Shown: positions 62,890-64,000 of the stretch, one piece after another
Layout: every line of letters begins with the position of its first letter
How positions within the stretch are numbered: position 1 is the first letter of the stretch
Assembly: GCA_963758495.1 (NCBI GenBank)
Contig: CAVWVI010000003.1
Span: 1,568,001 to 1,632,000, forward strand
DNA from: Oligoflexia bacterium
GTDB lineage: Bacteria > Bdellovibrionota > UBA1018
DNA length: 64,000 nt
Direction of reading: 5' to 3'
Position numbers and translations under genes: made by a program
The notes under the pieces: model-generated
Database searches by the model: none
Told to the model about the DNA's origin: nothing
The model's input: only the letters and a program-made list of their open reading frames with translations

Positions 62890-63639
62890 ATGAGTCAGGT
62901 TTACGTGATTTTATTGGCAATAGCAGCGTTATTAATTTCTTCTATTGGGGCTATTTTTTCTATTGCCGGTTTGGCAAAGCTTTTTTCTGGAGCTTCGGTT
63001 TCTGTTACATTTATGGCGAGCTCTTTGGAGTTTGGCAAGATTATAGTCGCTGGATTTCTCTATCGATATTGGATTCATACTAATAGGGTAATGAAATACT
63101 ATTTAACCATTGCTCTCATGGTTTTGATGTGTATCACCAGTATAGGAATTTTCGGCTTTCTTTCAAATGCTTATCAAAAGTCTTCTCATGATTTGAAATT
63201 ATCTCAACTCAAGATAAGAATGATGGATACTGAAAATTTGAAAGTTTTAGAAGAAATTAAAGGCATTGAAAAATTTATCTCAGAAGTTCCTCAAAATCGG
63301 ATTTCAAAAAAGTTTGAACTTCAAAAAGAATCCGAACCCCGCATTCAACAACTTCGTCAACGTTCACATGATTTATTGACTGAGATGGGCAAAGTAAATC
63401 TTGAAATTTTAAATACTCAGACCAAAGTTGGACCTTTGATTTATGTGGCTGACTCATTACGTATAGATGTGGATACAGTAGCAAAATATTTGATTCTTAC
63501 GATTGTAATGGTTTTCGATCCCTTTGCTATTTGTCTAGTTTTCGCGTGGAGTCTCGCATCCCATTTAAATGAGAAGGAGCGTGCGAATGAGAGACTCATT
63601 GCTAGTCAAATCGTCGATAAGCCTATCGATTATGTTTAG
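62890..63639 (+). CDS. Membrane protein, 3 TM + coiled coil + TM (DUF4407-like topology)
   Basis: FSIAGLAKLFSGA, MASSLEFGK, ITSIGIFGFLS, VGPLIYVA, VFDPFAI. Confidence 0.7.
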   Translation: MSQVYVILLAIAALLISSIGAIFSIAGLAKLFSGASVSVTFMASSLEFGKIIVAGFLYRYWIHTNRVMKYYLTIALMVLMCITSIGIFGFLSNAYQKSSHDLKLSQLKIRMMDTENLKVLEEIKGIEKFISEVPQNRISKKFELQKESEPRIQQLRQRSHDLLTEMGKVNLEILNTQTKVGPLIYVADSLRIDVDTVAKYLILTIVMVFDPFAICLVFAWSLASHLNEKERANERLIASQIVDKPIDYV

Positions 63640-63644
63640 CTTTT

Positions 63645-64000
63645 ATGAAGAAATTCGAGCATAGGTTTTCCTGGGGCACTCAGTGGATTCAAAATAATGG
63701 TTACTATCTTGGGCTAATTTTCGTGAGTTTCCTGGTTTACCAGGCTCGTCGGACTTCACAGGTGTCTGAGCGTATTGTATTTATTTTTTATCTAGGATTC
63801 ATGGTGTGGAGTTCTATTAAGAAAGCAAGAACAGAAGCACTTTTAAAGCAGAGCGAACGAATGAATCAGGCCGCAGAGAAAGCGAGTCAAGCAAAATCCA
63901 TTTTTCTTGCTCATATGTCTCATGAAATTCGAACTCCCATGCACGGGATTATGAGTTTTGCCAAGTTTGGCCAGAAAAAGATTGGAGTTGTCTCAAATGA
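63645..64000 (+). CDS. Sensor histidine kinase, 5' part (runs off window)
   Basis: MKKFEHRF..., two hydrophobic segments, AEKASQAKSIFLAHMSHEIRTPMHGI H-box. Confidence 0.88.
   Translation, partial: MKKFEHRFSWGTQWIQNNGYYLGLIFVSFLVYQARRTSQVSERIVFIFYLGFMVWSSIKKARTEALLKQSERMNQAAEKASQAKSIFLAHMSHEIRTPMHGIMSFAKFGQKKIGVVSN

Overview
AT-rich bacterial chromosomal window. GYF_2, PilZ and MXAN_5187-C proteins, Bacteroidota/myxobacterial-type sdhCAB and numerous sigma54/sigma28 promoter motifs suggest a Bdellovibrionota/Oligoflexia-like organism (inference). The first 16 kb form an unusual potassium-uptake island. On the minus strand a sigma54 -24/-12 promoter drives a 28-aa peptide, kdpF, kdpABC and two paralogous beta-barrel porins, followed by a TonB-dependent receptor and a secreted Cys-repeat protein. 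This arm converges on a second, kdpBC-less kdpA followed by a paralogous Cys-repeat gene. Divergently lie a soluble KdpD N-terminal+Usp protein, a separate membrane His kinase and a GAFTGA-type enhancer-binding response regulator in place of KdpE. The remainder is mostly housekeeping and stress genes (ABC-F, lon, msrA, ppa, sdhCAB, glpK, radA, ligA, hutG, tRNA-Arg). It also holds a helicase split by a +1 frameshift at an SD-like AAGGA-TTT-TCC-TGA site, a sigma28 unit encoding a peptide resembling the FliF C-terminal tail next to two PilZ genes, a 29-bp-arm palindrome, tandem Cys-less PTPS paralogues and two small gene remnants. No CRISPR array, rRNA or intact transposase was seen. All calls rest on motif recognition by eye; no searches were run.
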